From Gemmatales bacterium (GTDB lineage: Bacteria; Planctomycetota; Planctomycetia; Gemmatales; HRBIN36): a stretch of DNA of 64,000 nt. A program made the translations under genes and the position numbers. Within the stretch, counting starts at the first letter, position 1. Each line of letters starts with the position of its first letter. Where the stretch lies: contig JBEPZY010000001.1 of NCBI GenBank assembly GCA_041640595.1, forward strand, positions 896,001 through 960,000, read 5' to 3'. The notes below the pieces were generated by a model. It made no database searches, was not told where the DNA came from, and saw only the letters and a program-made list of their open reading frames with translations. Below, one piece after another: positions 1 to 12,191 of the stretch.

Positions 1-1
1 A

Positions 2-526
2 CGGTTGTTGCGCGAGATTGGCCGAGCTACCACCAACGCTGACCGATATTCGCTGGCGGTTCAGGGCCTAGTGCAGATTTTCGGCTGCGAGTCCGCTGCG
101 ATTATTCAATACCGGCGCGGCGAAGTTCACGTATGTTCGGAGGCGGGTACTCCAGTGCGATGGAATCCGGACTGGCTGGAACGGACTTATCAAAACAGGC
201 GAAAACGCTTCCTGACCATTCGCTGGCCTCCGAGCAGCGAAGGCCGGTTGACAATCATTGGCTTACGCCGAACTGAGCAACTTTTCTTAGTCCTGGTACA
301 TCCAACCTGGTCGCGGGTGCATCCGTGCATACGCCGATTGGTTTGTATGCTGGCCAATTTCCTTTCCATTTTTCCACAAGACCACTCGCTTCCGTTACCA
401 CTAATTAGCCCCACTGAGCAGGAACGGAGCGAAGAGGACGTAAGCCAGCACTGCCACCCCGACCACGAAAACAAGCACGGCGAGGCTTCCAGCAACCCAG
501 GAACTCAGGTAATTTGTTCTGGCTAA
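2..526 (+). CDS. Possible 3' end of a gene running in from the left edge (GAF-like alpha/beta segment)
   Basis: Frame is open from the window start. The N-terminal part (LLREIGRATT..LAVQGLVQIFGCESAAIIQY) looks GAF-like. The tail overlaps the convergent gene by ~126 nt. Confidence 0.35.
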   Translation, partial: RLLREIGRATTNADRYSLAVQGLVQIFGCESAAIIQYRRGEVHVCSEAGTPVRWNPDWLERTYQNRRKRFLTIRWPPSSEGRLTIIGLRRTEQLFLVLVHPTWSRVHPCIRRLVCMLANFLSIFPQDHSLPLPLISPTEQERSEEDVSQHCHPDHENKHGEASSNPGTQVICSG

Positions 527-1159
527 GTCCGATTCGGAACCACGAACTGTGCCGACCTGTTCACCTGATGCGATATCTTGCTCCGCATTGCCCAGCGGAG
601 TGTTTCTCAACTTCGGGCCACCATGCAGCGTAAAAAAAGCCGTGGCATTTCTGATTGGGTTCGCCCGTTGCTTAGCATCGGTTCCAGACGGTATCGCCTC
701 ACGCTCTCTGAATGTGCCAGCCGATACGGAACAAGTTCCCTGGGAGCTCGTAGCAGCCGTTGAATTCGCGTCGTGCATAAGCGAGGTCTGCAAGGGGAGC
801 AACAATTCCCCCGCAGTCGTGCCAACATTTTTAGAAACGGGTGAAGAATGGCTGGCGTTTGTTTCGCCTGGTGGTTTCGTTTCCGAGAGCAACGTAGGCG
901 TAGTCCTCGCGTGAACCAGGTACTGTTGAATTACAGGATTCTCCAGGGCTTGTTGCAACGAAGCGAAACCAACGAGCACGTGGTGGGGATTGACTGCTCG
1001 CAGCCGTTGCCAGATTTGCTCGGCATCGGAAACCTTCCCCGCTTGCCAGGCGATGTCGAGAGCCAGTACCAGAAAGCGGTCGCGCTGGCGTAGCTGACCT
1101 GATTGTTCGCAGGCACGCGCCTGGTTCAGGTAATGCTGTAACAACTCCTGCGCCGCCAT
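401..1159 (-). CDS. Hypothetical protein with N-terminal helical (TPR-like) domain and C-terminal transmembrane anchor
   Basis: GGAG upstream of the ATG at 1159. Helical N-terminus, low-complexity linker and hydrophobic C-terminal segment (VAGSLAVLVFVVGVAVLAYVLF). Confidence 0.7.
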   Translation of the reverse strand: MAAQELLQHYLNQARACEQSGQLRQRDRFLVLALDIAWQAGKVSDAEQIWQRLRAVNPHHVLVGFASLQQALENPVIQQYLVHARTTPTLLSETKPPGETNASHSSPVSKNVGTTAGELLLPLQTSLMHDANSTAATSSQGTCSVSAGTFREREAIPSGTDAKQRANPIRNATAFFTLHGGPKLRNTPLGNAEQDIASGEQVGTVRGSESDLARTNYLSSWVAGSLAVLVFVVGVAVLAYVLFAPFLLSGAN

Positions 1160-1237
1160 AATCACGCTCCTGCCCTACTGCCCCATTGTACCGAATGTAA
1201 CACCGAGAGGGAAATCGTAATCACCGGCGAAACCATC

Positions 1238-4200
1238 TTACCCAGCCGATCCGGCAGCGGTATCGTCGCGGCGAAGCAAACCGTATTTTTCCAGCTTGCT
1301 AAGAAAGGTGCTGCGTGGCATGCGAAGCATGCGCGCAGCGCGTGACTTATTACCGCCAGCCGCACGCAGCGCCCGCAGCAAACGTTCCCGCTCCTGAACA
1401 GCCTGAAGCGCCTGCCATTCTGAGTAAGGCAATTCCCGGTGACGCTGCGTTTGCAGCTCCGCTGCTGATGAGGTTTTTAGAAGCGTATGGCTATTGGTCG
1501 CGTTGCCTGCCAATGCAGACTCCGCCGCGAACACAAGCTCAGGGGGCAGTTCACGGACGGTCAGGCTCGGCCCTTCGGCAAGGACGACAGCCCGTTCGAT
1601 GACATGTTCGAGTTCGCGCACGTTCCCTGGCCAATCGTAAGCCTTAAACAGCTCCAGGACCTCGTCTTCGATGTGGGTGATGGCTTTGCCGCAACGGGCG
1701 TTGTACAGGTGCAGGAAATGGATCGCCAGTTCGTAAATGTCTTCGCGGTGTTCCCGCAAAGCCGGTGTGCGGACGGTGATGACGTTGAGGCGATAAAACA
1801 AGTCCTCGCGGAATCGTCCTTCCTGCATCAATCGCTCCAGGTCCTGATTAGTGGCAGCCACGACGCGCACATCCACCCGGACCGGCTCGCTGGAACCGAC
1901 CCGTTCAAAAGTCATCTCCTGCAGCACCCGCAGCAATTTCGTCTGAACTTCCAGAGAGATGTCGCCAATTTCGTCGAGGAAAAGTGTACCACCGTCGGCC
2001 AGCTCGAAACGCCCTACTTTGTCACGATGAGCGCCAGTGAAGGCCCCTTTGACGTGACCGAACAGTTCACTCTCCAGAAGCGTCGGCGACAGGGCAGCGC
2101 AATGCACCTTTACAAACGGTTTATCCCGACGTGGACTCAATTGGTGCAACGCGCGAGCCACCAGTTCTTTGCCGGTTCCGCTCTCGCCACGAATCAACAC
2201 GGCGGCAGGACTGGGAGCTACTTTGCGAATCAGTTCGTTGAGTTCCTGGATGCAACGGCTCGAGCCGACTAACAGGGCATTCGGCTGAGCGGATGTTCGG
2301 GACGGCACGGGTGTATTTGCCGGCTCACCTTCCTGGGTTTGGGCTGGCGCTAGTTCGGCCTGTCGCAAAAGTTGATTCTGCAAAACATGGATTCGCCGCT
2401 GTTGCTCGGAAATCTTCTCTACCTTTTGTTGCAATTCGCGGTTAAGCACCTCAAGCCGCTGATGCGTCTGGGCACTGTGCAGTGCTAAGGCTGCCATTTG
2501 TGCAAATGCGCGAAGCAGGTGTCCTTCCTCCTGGTCGTAAAATGGTTCCACACGGCCAAGCAGAATCACGGCCTGAATGATACCTTCGTAAGCAAGTGGA
2601 ACAGCCAGGTGAGCCTGCCACTGCTCTAATTGCCGCTGCGCAGGCGTGAGCACTCGGAAGGGGCCCCACGGCACATAAAGCGGACATTCTTGCTCGGCAG
2701 CGCGAACGATATGGCTTTCTGCGGATAGGGAATCCGGTAGTTGCCAGTCGCCATGTTTGACCGTGAGGCGAAACTCCTCGCCGTTTCGTAGATAGAGAGC
2801 TGCGCGACGCGCATCCAGTGCTTCGACCAGCACCTGCAACAGCTGGGGGCACAGGGTGGGTACATCGAGAAGCTGCCCCACCGTCTGGCTCATCCGCTGC
2901 AGGGTGCGATCCAGCTGTGATTTTTCCCGGTGCAACCGCAAATAGATGACGGTACGTAATCGCCAGCGCACCAGGTCCATTACGACCAGCAACAGCCAGG
3001 ACGTCATGCTGACGAAAACTGCCTGTCGGAACGGCGAATGGCTCTCGATACGGGTGCCGATCGTCAAGGTTACCACGAAGAGCAGACCGGTGTAAACCAG
3101 TCCGGCTAATGCGCTGAGCACAAATGTAGCCAGGCCCCAGTGCAAAACCTGGCCGACCTCCATCATGCCATAGCGAGAAATGCTCACTCCGTAAGCCACG
3201 GTGAAGCACAGCGATGCCAGAAACATGGGCCAGGTTGCACCACCGAGACTGAAACGTTCCGCATCGGTAACCGCCAGCAGGACGGTATAAGCTACCAGGG
3301 CCAGAGCTACCAGCGCCCCCGCGAGTATCCACTGCAACTGTTTGCGTTCGCGGCTGTTGGGCTGCGCTCGCCAGAAACTGTGGGCAAGGCTAACCACGCA
3401 ACCGACAAATAATGCAGCCGAAACGAACACGCTTGCGTACACCTCCCGCATCAGCCACAACAAAATGGTTTGCACGCGGTCTGTTTTGTCGGGCAGCGCA
3501 GCAAAGCGATAGGTCCAGACGAGCAGCAAATAGGTCGCCACTTTGGCCACCAGCAGCAACACCGGCACGCTGTAAAGAGCGGTCAAGGTCAACCAGGGTC
3601 GGCGTTCCAACCACTTTTTCGGTCTGGGAAAGACGAGGTAAAAATGCAAACTAACCACGGGTAACAGCCCAGCACAGATCATAAAGACGAGCACCAGGGG
3701 CGGACTGCTCGCTATACGATACCAGTGGTAACCGCCCATAAACGCGCCGATGGTCACCACGCACAGCAGGTAAAATCGGCGAACCGCGTCGTCATTGGGT
3801 CGTCGCCACCACACCAGCGCCACCAGCCCGAACAATCCCAGCTTGACCACAAACCATAACAGCGAATGGGTAAACTCCTCCGGCGGAGTCGTTCCTACCA
3901 GACACCACACCGCGGCTTCGCGTCCATCTTCTTTGCGGAAACGAACCCGCACCCATTCTTCGTCACCATACACCAGTACATGCGTGTCCTTTTCCGGCAG
4001 CGTTTCCAGAGCTTCACGGGGAAATTTTTCCGGCGAAACTGCCAGCCGGGGAAATTCGCGCCAGTTCCGTAGCTCCGCTACAGTGCGAATCACATCGGAA
4101 AACGTCTGAATGCGGTGAGGCCCCACACTGAACAGATCATCGCCCACTTCCGGAGGTGGCCCAGGCTCATACCGCAAATAAGTGTAGTTGATTTTTTGAA

Positions 4201-4321
4201 TGTCCGTACCAAACGCAGCTTGCAGACCAATCTCGGGAGCCTGAGCAGCATACCAGACAACTGCAATGCCGTACAGGCATACCGCAATACCACAAGCGAG
4301 CAGTCCAGCACGCCACCACAC
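1238..4321 (-). CDS. Membrane-integral sigma54-dependent transcriptional activator (multi-TM sensor + GAF + AAA+ + Fis-type HTH)
   Basis: Walker [15 protein letters not shown] loop, [27 protein letters not shown] and C-terminal [14 protein letters not shown]. Many hydrophobic N-terminal segments and no receiver domain. Confidence 0.93.
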   Translation of the reverse strand: MWWRAGLLACGIAVCLYGIAVVWYAAQAPEIGLQAAFGTDIQKINYTYLRYEPGPPPEVGDDLFSVGPHRIQTFSDVIRTVAELRNWREFPRLAVSPEKFPREALETLPEKDTHVLVYGDEEWVRVRFRKEDGREAAVWCLVGTTPPEEFTHSLLWFVVKLGLFGLVALVWWRRPNDDAVRRFYLLCVVTIGAFMGGYHWYRIASSPPLVLVFMICAGLLPVVSLHFYLVFPRPKKWLERRPWLTLTALYSVPVLLLVAKVATYLLLVWTYRFAALPDKTDRVQTILLWLMREVYASVFVSAALFVGCVVSLAHSFWRAQPNSRERKQLQWILAGALVALALVAYTVLLAVTDAERFSLGGATWPMFLASLCFTVAYGVSISRYGMMEVGQVLHWGLATFVLSALAGLVYTGLLFVVTLTIGTRIESHSPFRQAVFVSMTSWLLLVVMDLVRWRLRTVIYLRLHREKSQLDRTLQRMSQTVGQLLDVPTLCPQLLQVLVEALDARRAALYLRNGEEFRLTVKHGDWQLPDSLSAESHIVRAAEQECPLYVPWGPFRVLTPAQRQLEQWQAHLAVPLAYEGIIQAVILLGRVEPFYDQEEGHLLRAFAQMAALALHSAQTHQRLEVLNRELQQKVEKISEQQRRIHVLQNQLLRQAELAPAQTQEGEPANTPVPSRTSAQPNALLVGSSRCIQELNELIRKVAPSPAAVLIRGESGTGKELVARALHQLSPRRDKPFVKVHCAALSPTLLESELFGHVKGAFTGAHRDKVGRFELADGGTLFLDEIGDISLEVQTKLLRVLQEMTFERVGSSEPVRVDVRVVAATNQDLERLMQEGRFREDLFYRLNVITVRTPALREHREDIYELAIHFLHLYNARCGKAITHIEDEVLELFKAYDWPGNVRELEHVIERAVVLAEGPSLTVRELPPELVFAAESALAGNATNSHTLLKTSSAAELQTQRHRELPYSEWQALQAVQERERLLRALRAAGGNKSRAARMLRMPRSTFLSKLEKYGLLRRDDTAAGSAG

Positions 4322-4352
4322 GGTGCCACCCCCCTGCCCCGATTGTATGGTT

Positions 4353-5576
4353 TTATGCCACCGCTACCACACGCGAGCCGACCTCCTGAGCGAGTAAACC
4401 AGCCTTGTCCGTGCGTTCCCACGTAAATTCCGGCAACTCCCGTCCGAAATGACCATGTACCGCCGTTAGCCTGTATATAGGCCGGCGCAATTGCAACGCC
4501 TCGATGATCCCCCGCGGAGTCAGCGCAAAATGCTTACGAATCAACTCAATCAGCTGGTCTTCACTGAGGCCTGCGCGAATAGTTCCGAAGGTGCTCACCC
4601 AGATGCTCAACGGTTCTGCTTTGCCGATAGCATACGACAGTTGCACTTCACACTGGTCGGCAAGACCAGCAGCGACAATGTTTTTGGCGATGTAACGTGC
4701 CATATACGCGGCGGAGCGGTCCACCTTTGTCGGGTCTTTACCGCTGAAAGCACCGCCTCCATGCCGTCCTCTCCCCCCGTAAGTGTCCACGATGATTTTC
4801 CGGCCAGTCAGTCCTGTGTCGGCAGCTGGGCCTCCTTCCAGAAAGCATCCTGTCGGATTGATGTGGTAAATGATATCCTCGTCCACCAGGTCGGGGCGCT
4901 CAGCCTGAAGTGTTGGCAAAATAAGCCGTTCGATGATCGCTTTTTTCGCTCGTTCGGAAAAATACGGCCGCCCTTCTCGGTGCTCTACCACGCTGGTGTC
5001 GTGCTGGGTCGAGAGCACCACGGTATGGATGCGAGCCGGAGTCCCGTCGGGATGATATTCCACCGTGACCTGACTTTTGGCATCGGGGCGCAGAAAAGGC
5101 AGCTCCCCACTGCGGCGAAGCTGTGCCTGTTTTTCGACCAAGCGATGGGCGAGATAGATAGGCAGCGGCATCAGCGATTTCGTCTCACGGCAGGCGTAGC
5201 CAAACATCATCCCCTGATCCCCGGCACCACCGCTATCCACTCCCAGAGCAATGTCGGGCGATTGCTTATGAAGGCAGATGTCCACCTGCACGGTATCGCA
5301 AGAAAATCCGACCGCCGGGTCTGTGTAACCGATCTCACGAATGGTGTCGCGGACCAGGCGATCCACGACCGATCGAGTCAACGTTGCCTTGGTTGTGATT
5401 TCTCCAGCTACGACTACCAGGTCGGTTGTCACCAAAACTTCGCAAGCAACCCGACTTTGTGGGTCGTGCTGTAAGCAATAATCGAGAATGGTGTCGCTGA
5501 TCTGATCGGCCACCTTGTCCGGGTGGCCCATACTTACGGACTCACTGGTGAAAAGGTAATTGCGACCGAGAGCCAT
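4353..5576 (-). CDS. metK: S-adenosylmethionine synthetase
   Basis: [40 protein letters not shown] and [16 protein letters not shown] motifs. GGAGG SD precedes the ATG at 5576. Confidence 0.98.
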   Translation of the reverse strand: MALGRNYLFTSESVSMGHPDKVADQISDTILDYCLQHDPQSRVACEVLVTTDLVVVAGEITTKATLTRSVVDRLVRDTIREIGYTDPAVGFSCDTVQVDICLHKQSPDIALGVDSGGAGDQGMMFGYACRETKSLMPLPIYLAHRLVEKQAQLRRSGELPFLRPDAKSQVTVEYHPDGTPARIHTVVLSTQHDTSVVEHREGRPYFSERAKKAIIERLILPTLQAERPDLVDEDIIYHINPTGCFLEGGPAADTGLTGRKIIVDTYGGRGRHGGGAFSGKDPTKVDRSAAYMARYIAKNIVAAGLADQCEVQLSYAIGKAEPLSIWVSTFGTIRAGLSEDQLIELIRKHFALTPRGIIEALQLRRPIYRLTAVHGHFGRELPEFTWERTDKAGLLAQEVGSRVVAVA

Positions 5577-5697
5577 AGGTTTCCTCCGCGGCGCCAGACG
5601 TGCATCCTCACAGTCAAGCGCTCCGTCTGCTACCGAATACCTCGAGGCCAAGCTGGATAACCACTTACCCTACCCTAGCCTGGCTGGCCAAGTGGCC

Positions 5698-5726
5698 ATT
5701 ATAGTTACCCAGATAACGCAACTCAA
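5698..5726 (-). promoter_or_regulatory. sigma70-type promoter for metK
   Basis: Minus strand reads TTGAGT-17 nt-TATAAT, ~120 nt upstream of the metK start. Confidence 0.65.
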
Positions 5727-5847
5727 GCATGCGGGATTGTCAGCGAACCGTTTCTGGCCTCGCATGCCGGCAAAGCTGGCTCCAGCCGCGTGGGAAGGGA
5801 AATCCGGAAGTCCTCAGCGAGTTCCACGTTAATTTTTGCCCGTACCG

Positions 5848-7188
5848 CTAGCTGGAGAGCGTAACCCGGCGATATTCGACCTTGTCCGCGGCAAAGATAC
5901 CAAGCCCTTTCTCTCCGGCCAGCTGCACATGCTCCGGCTGGCGTCGGCGGAATTGTTCGTCCTTTTGCGGGTTGCTTTTTTCCGTTCCCATCTCAGCCAC
6001 CGGTGGCCAACCTCGGCTGGCACGATACTGGTCGAGAATATGCCAGCCGACATGGTCCAGCGCTACCGGATCGGTGGCAAAAAACAGCGACTTTTTCTCC
6101 CACACATCCCAGGTGTTGTTCCAGGTACCTGGCCCACCTTCATAACAAGCAATCAGGGCGTCCATGACCAGCAGCACCACTTTTTGCCGCAGCGGTTCGA
6201 GAGATACCATTTCCGGAATAAAGGTACCGCAGGTATTATCCAGTTCCGGCGATGGTGCATATTTGCCCATGTGCGAACGGGCCACGTTGTTTACGAAACC
6301 GTGCGACAGGTCCTTCAAAGACATGGTGATGCCACCGGAACGGTGATCCTTAAGCACCGTGGCAACAATGATTTTGTTCACCAGATCGGTTGTTACCAGC
6401 CGACTGAGATGGGAATTTTCGCTGGGCCGATCATGCGGACTGAGCTTCGGCATGGCATACGGCAACCGGCGGAACACATCCGGGTCGTATCCGACTACAT
6501 GCGGGTCAGGTTCGGGCCGCTTTCCAGTTTTCTCATCCGGGTCACGCCCTTCCAGATCGGTTTGCTGACCATGGTACTGCGCGTGGGAAGCATACCAGCC
6601 GACTGACGGATAACGGCTTTGCAGAAACTTTTCGTACCCGGCCCGGCAAAATTGGTCGGCGTAGCGCTCATAGAGGACAATGTCGCGCTCGGTCAGGCCC
6701 GCGCTTTTCAGTCCCTCGATCAGAGCCGCGACCAGCTCGATATTGGTAATCGCGCTTCGCTTTTTGCCATCGGTCAGGCCGACAGGGTTGACCTTGATGG
6801 CCACGCGGTCTCCTTTTTGGAACAGCGTTTTCCAGGCCGAAACCGGGTCGTCGGCTCCGGTCAGGGTTTGCATGCCGCGGCTGACCATCTGCTGGACTGC
6901 CTCGAGCTGAACCCGACCATTAATTACGGAAGCAGGATGATGAACTTCGACGACCTTTCCCGGCCAGCGTCCCGGCAAACCAAACGCCGGTTTTGCCACC
7001 TCGACACATCGTCCCGTGAAACGCTCCTCGGGCGACAGAAGGTAAACAGGTCGCGTGTCTCCATCCGACTCCAGGCCGTTTTGATCCGATTGAGACGAGC
7101 AACCCAGCAAACCGGTCAGTCCACAGCTTGCCAAACCGACTCCCGTACGCTGCAAAAACTGGCGACGGCTCCAGGTATGTTCCTGCAT
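5848..7188 (-). CDS. DUF362-like protein with twin-arginine (Tat) lipoprotein signal
   Basis: SRRQFL Tat motif and LLGC lipobox. GDRVAIKVN, LKDH..GITMSLK and ATDPVALD motifs typical of DUF362. Confidence 0.8.
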   Translation of the reverse strand: MQEHTWSRRQFLQRTGVGLASCGLTGLLGCSSQSDQNGLESDGDTRPVYLLSPEERFTGRCVEVAKPAFGLPGRWPGKVVEVHHPASVINGRVQLEAVQQMVSRGMQTLTGADDPVSAWKTLFQKGDRVAIKVNPVGLTDGKKRSAITNIELVAALIEGLKSAGLTERDIVLYERYADQFCRAGYEKFLQSRYPSVGWYASHAQYHGQQTDLEGRDPDEKTGKRPEPDPHVVGYDPDVFRRLPYAMPKLSPHDRPSENSHLSRLVTTDLVNKIIVATVLKDHRSGGITMSLKDLSHGFVNNVARSHMGKYAPSPELDNTCGTFIPEMVSLEPLRQKVVLLVMDALIACYEGGPGTWNNTWDVWEKKSLFFATDPVALDHVGWHILDQYRASRGWPPVAEMGTEKSNPQKDEQFRRRQPEHVQLAGEKGLGIFAADKVEYRRVTLSS

Positions 7189-7393
7189 GATAACCCCCTT
7201 TCTCGCGGGCGACAATTGTCGAGCCACGCTGTCCTTTTGCCCTCCGAACGTTATGCTACGACTTTCGAGCTATTACCACAAGACGTCGCACAAACGCGAA
7301 ACTTATCAAGGCGCCAGGTGTTTAACCGCATAGGGAAGCTGCTCGTGGGCTGAGCGGCTTGTGGAACCTGCCACACTATACGGGGAGAAAGCC

Positions 7394-7834
7394 ATGCGTC
7401 GAACACCTCAACTGGCCGTGCTATCGCTAGCCATCCTTGCCCTGACCGGTCTGGCTTACGCTGACCGGGAAGGTGAACCTCGCAAGCCCAGGCCTCAGAC
7501 GAGAATTGCGGAGTTCCGCAAAGTAGATGGCTCCAAACTCGTTTTCCTGGTTCGCGGTGATTCTGGCGAACGCGAATTTGCTTGCGAATACGATTCCGAC
7601 ACCAAATTTCTGGCCGAAACCGATCAGGACGTAAAGGTAAAAGTCCGCGGCGAAGGTGGTGTGGAGCGGGAAGTGACAAAACCGCAAACCAAGCCGATTC
7701 AGCTCAAGGACCTCGTCTCGGGTCAGCGCGTGGTCGTCACCATGCTGGTCGGCGATGAAAAGACCACTCCGCGTTGTGTGGAAGTCCGCGTGCTTCGGCC
7801 ACAAAAGCCTCGCCGTGAAGGCAGCGATGGCTAA
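7394..7834 (+). CDS. Secreted hypothetical protein (OB-fold-like)
   Basis: GGAG SD, signal peptide ending AYA, beta-rich body with LKDLVSGQRVVV. Confidence 0.7.
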   Translation: MRRTPQLAVLSLAILALTGLAYADREGEPRKPRPQTRIAEFRKVDGSKLVFLVRGDSGEREFACEYDSDTKFLAETDQDVKVKVRGEGGVEREVTKPQTKPIQLKDLVSGQRVVVTMLVGDEKTTPRCVEVRVLRPQKPRREGSDG

Positions 7835-7993
7835 CGCTTTGTGGAAACTTTGGCGGGCGTCCGAAAACCTTTACCGCAGCCGACCGGGTTTGGGATACGG
7901 GCAAGGGATCGGAGCAGCCCTGCGGATGGACCGTAACCACTTCGCTAACCTGCCCGCTTGAATGCTGCGTTTGGCCTGTAACCGAGTGGTAAG

Positions 7994-8020
7994 GGGCACG
8001 GTTGAACCGTGCCCTTTTTT
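7994..8020 (+). terminator. Intrinsic terminator
   Basis: GGGCACGGT-TGA-ACCGTGCCC stem followed by TTTTTT. Confidence 0.85.
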
Positions 8021-8161
8021 CGTGAAACGCGTCAGCCCATTTTTGATTATTGCCATGCTTACCAACCGGAGCCTCCAGGCATTCCCTTGGAGTGTCAGCA
8101 GGGCTACTGAAGAGGGGTTTTCGGGGTGATCGTGGCATTCAGGCTTGGCTTTGTACAATAA

Positions 8162-9529
<1,368 letters not shown>

Positions 9530-9550
9530 GGCGAGGCGGGATGTGCCAAA

Positions 9551-10327
9551 ATGAGCCGCACCTTGACGTTTCTGGGCACCGGAACCTCAACCGGGGTGCC
9601 GCTGTTGGGCTGTGATTGCGAAACTTGCCGCTCTCCCGATCCTCGTAATCAGCGTTGCCGCTGCTCTGTCGTGATCTGTACCACGCAGGGCAATCTGCTG
9701 ATTGACACACCCCCGGAGATTCGTTTGCAACTGTTGCGTGCCGGTGTCCACCGCGTCCATGCGGTCGTTTATACGCATCACCATGCCGACCACATTTTCG
9801 GTTTCGATGACGTTCGCCATTTTGCCCGACAGCTCGGTGGTCCTGTTCCCATTTACTGCAACCAGGCCACTGCGCAATTCCTGCGTCGCACGTTTGACTA
9901 TGCGTTCCATGCCGAACCGGTTTTATGGCAGCAAGGGCGCGTACCCTATGTCCGGTTGCATCAGATTGACACGGAACCTTTTGAAGTGCTGGGACAGCGA
10001 ATGATTCCCGTTCCGCTGGAACACAGTATTCCGGTCACGGGTTTTCGACTCGACGGGCTGGCATACTGCCCCGATGTGGGAGCGATTCCGGAGGGGAGCT
10101 GGAAATTACTGGAAGGCGTGGAAATTTTGGTGCTCAACGCACTGCGTCCGCAAAAGCCTTTATCCGGACATTTGACCCTGGAACAAGCGCTGGCCATCAT
10201 CGAACGTCTGAAACCGCGGCAGAGCTATTTGACCCATTTAGGACACGAAATGGAGTATAATCGTATCCAGAAGCAATTGCCCGCAGGTGTTGAATTGGCT
10301 TATGATGGACTGAGCTTCTCGTTTTGA
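9551..10327 (+). CDS. MBL-fold metallo-hydrolase (PhnP/YycJ-like phosphodiesterase)
   Basis: FLGTGTSTGVP..GCDC..C, THHHADH and C-terminal LAYDG motifs. Confidence 0.9.
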   Translation: MSRTLTFLGTGTSTGVPLLGCDCETCRSPDPRNQRCRCSVVICTTQGNLLIDTPPEIRLQLLRAGVHRVHAVVYTHHHADHIFGFDDVRHFARQLGGPVPIYCNQATAQFLRRTFDYAFHAEPVLWQQGRVPYVRLHQIDTEPFEVLGQRMIPVPLEHSIPVTGFRLDGLAYCPDVGAIPEGSWKLLEGVEILVLNALRPQKPLSGHLTLEQALAIIERLKPRQSYLTHLGHEMEYNRIQKQLPAGVELAYDGLSFSF

Positions 10328-10345
10328 GTGAAGCAGGAGGTGCTC

Positions 10346-11443
10346 ATGGCCGGTGCAATTGAAGTGCATGTCGTCATGCTGGCTGGCGGCTCGGGGACGC
10401 GGTTCTGGCCCTGGAGCCGACACACCCGACCCAAGCAGCTTCTGGCACTGGTTGGGCAGCAAAGTTTGCTTCGGCAGTGTGCGGAGCGGTTTCGCGGTTG
10501 CATTCCTGCTGAGCACTTCTGGGCGGTAACCACGGCCGAGCTTTTGCCCCAGGTTCGTGAGCACTTGAACGACCTGGTACCGGAAAGCCAGCTCATCGGC
10601 GAACCGATGGGCCGAGACACCGCCCCTTGTATTGGCCTGGCAGCAGCGCTCATCGCCCAGCGCCACCCTGAAGCGGTGATGATCGCTGCCCCAGCCGACC
10701 ATCTCATTGAGCCGGTCGGAGCTTTTCACCGATCCATTCAGGCAGCGGTGACGCTAACCCAGGAGTTCCTGGATGCGCTGATCACGCTCGGCATTGTCCC
10801 TACTCGTCCGGCCACCGGTTACGGTTATATCCGGCGAGGCGCATGGATTGGCGAGCGGCAGGGCATAGCTGTTTATCGTGTCGCCGAATTCCGCGAAAAG
10901 CCGGATTTGCAAACCGCCGAACAGTACCTGGCCAGCGGCGAGTTTTACTGGAACAGCGGTATTTTCGTCTGGCGTGTGCAAACCATCCTGCGTGAACTTG
11001 CCCGGCAGCAACCGCGTATTGAAAATGCCGTGCGCCGACTGGCGGAGAACTGGCATTCGCCTCAGCGAGACGCTCTGCTTCGCCAGGAATACGCGGCCCT
11101 GCCCAAAATCAGCATTGATTACGCTGTCATGGAAGGCTGTCGAACTGCCCTGGTGCTGGCAGCGCCATTCCGCTGGGACGATCTCGGTAGCTGGAGCGCA
11201 CTGGAACGCCTTCATCCGCAGGATGCAGACTACAATACGATATTGGCGCGACACGTAGGGCTGAAGACGCGCCGCTGCATCATCGTCGGTGAGTCCAACC
11301 GGCTCATTGCTACGCTCGGTGTCGAAGATTTGCTCATTGTTCAGGCTGACGATGCCGTGCTCGTCGCCCAAAAACAGCAAGAAAACGATATTCGCCAGCT
11401 GGTCGAGCTCCTGCGAGACACAGGACAGGAGGCTTTTCTGTGA
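10346..11443 (+). CDS. Mannose-1-phosphate guanylyltransferase
   Basis: LAGGSGTRFWP.SR...PKQLL, EPMGRDTAP, FREKP, WNSGIF, ISIDYAVME and WDDLGSW motifs. AGGAGG SD. Confidence 0.93.
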   Translation: MAGAIEVHVVMLAGGSGTRFWPWSRHTRPKQLLALVGQQSLLRQCAERFRGCIPAEHFWAVTTAELLPQVREHLNDLVPESQLIGEPMGRDTAPCIGLAAALIAQRHPEAVMIAAPADHLIEPVGAFHRSIQAAVTLTQEFLDALITLGIVPTRPATGYGYIRRGAWIGERQGIAVYRVAEFREKPDLQTAEQYLASGEFYWNSGIFVWRVQTILRELARQQPRIENAVRRLAENWHSPQRDALLRQEYAALPKISIDYAVMEGCRTALVLAAPFRWDDLGSWSALERLHPQDADYNTILARHVGLKTRRCIIVGESNRLIATLGVEDLLIVQADDAVLVAQKQQENDIRQLVELLRDTGQEAFL

Positions 11444-11916
11444 TGAGCACCCATTCCCGATCGACGGGTAGGCTTCTGGGTCTGGATTACGGCGAAGTGC
11501 GGATCGGGCTGGCTATCAGCGATGTGGAACGCCGCGTCGCTTCGCCCATCGGCGTCTATCAACGGCGCTCGACCCACGAAGATGCTGACTATTTTCGCAG
11601 GCTCGTTTACGAGAAAAACGTATCCGCGATCGTGGTCGGCTTACCCCGCCAGACCGGAGGCGAAGAAGGATACGCTGCTGAGGCTGCCCGCCAATTCGGG
11701 CAATGGCTGGCAGAAGTAACAGGCTTGCGCGTGATTTACTGGGACGAGCGATTCACCACGCAGCAGGCGGATCGGCTTATGCGCGAAGCTGGACTGAGCG
11801 GAAAGGCCCGCAAACAGAAACTCGATACCGTTTCGGCTCAAATCCTGCTGCAAGGTTATCTCGACGCCGGCTGCCCTGCCCCGCCCGTCTCGGATACAAC
11901 TACGTCGCAGACGTAA
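11440..11916 (+). CDS. ruvX: YqgF/RuvX family pre-16S rRNA nuclease
   Basis: LGLDYGEVRIGLAISD, VVGLP, DERFTT and D..SAQILLQ motifs. Confidence 0.93.
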   Translation: MMSTHSRSTGRLLGLDYGEVRIGLAISDVERRVASPIGVYQRRSTHEDADYFRRLVYEKNVSAIVVGLPRQTGGEEGYAAEAARQFGQWLAEVTGLRVIYWDERFTTQQADRLMREAGLSGKARKQKLDTVSAQILLQGYLDAGCPAPPVSDTTTSQT

Positions 11917-12050
11917 CCGTCTGTGTCCTTACCTGGCCTGCGCTGCCTTCGATGCTGGCGGGACTGGCTAAGCTTTGGCGGCCGGTGTATTTTTATTATG
12001 GTGATTGGCGTACTCACCTGCTAAGCCCACATGGAAAGCATCGCAATGAC

Positions 12051-12133
<83 letters not shown>

Positions 12134-12191
12134 ATAGTCTGGGCGAATAGACAGACCCGGCCTGGAACGGCGTGAATCGTTTGCCCGGCTT

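Noticed and set aside
7926..7961. Short ORF MDRNHFANLPA as a tmRNA tag or leader peptide
   Set aside because: No tRNA-like tmRNA ends and no typical ..ALAA tag ending.
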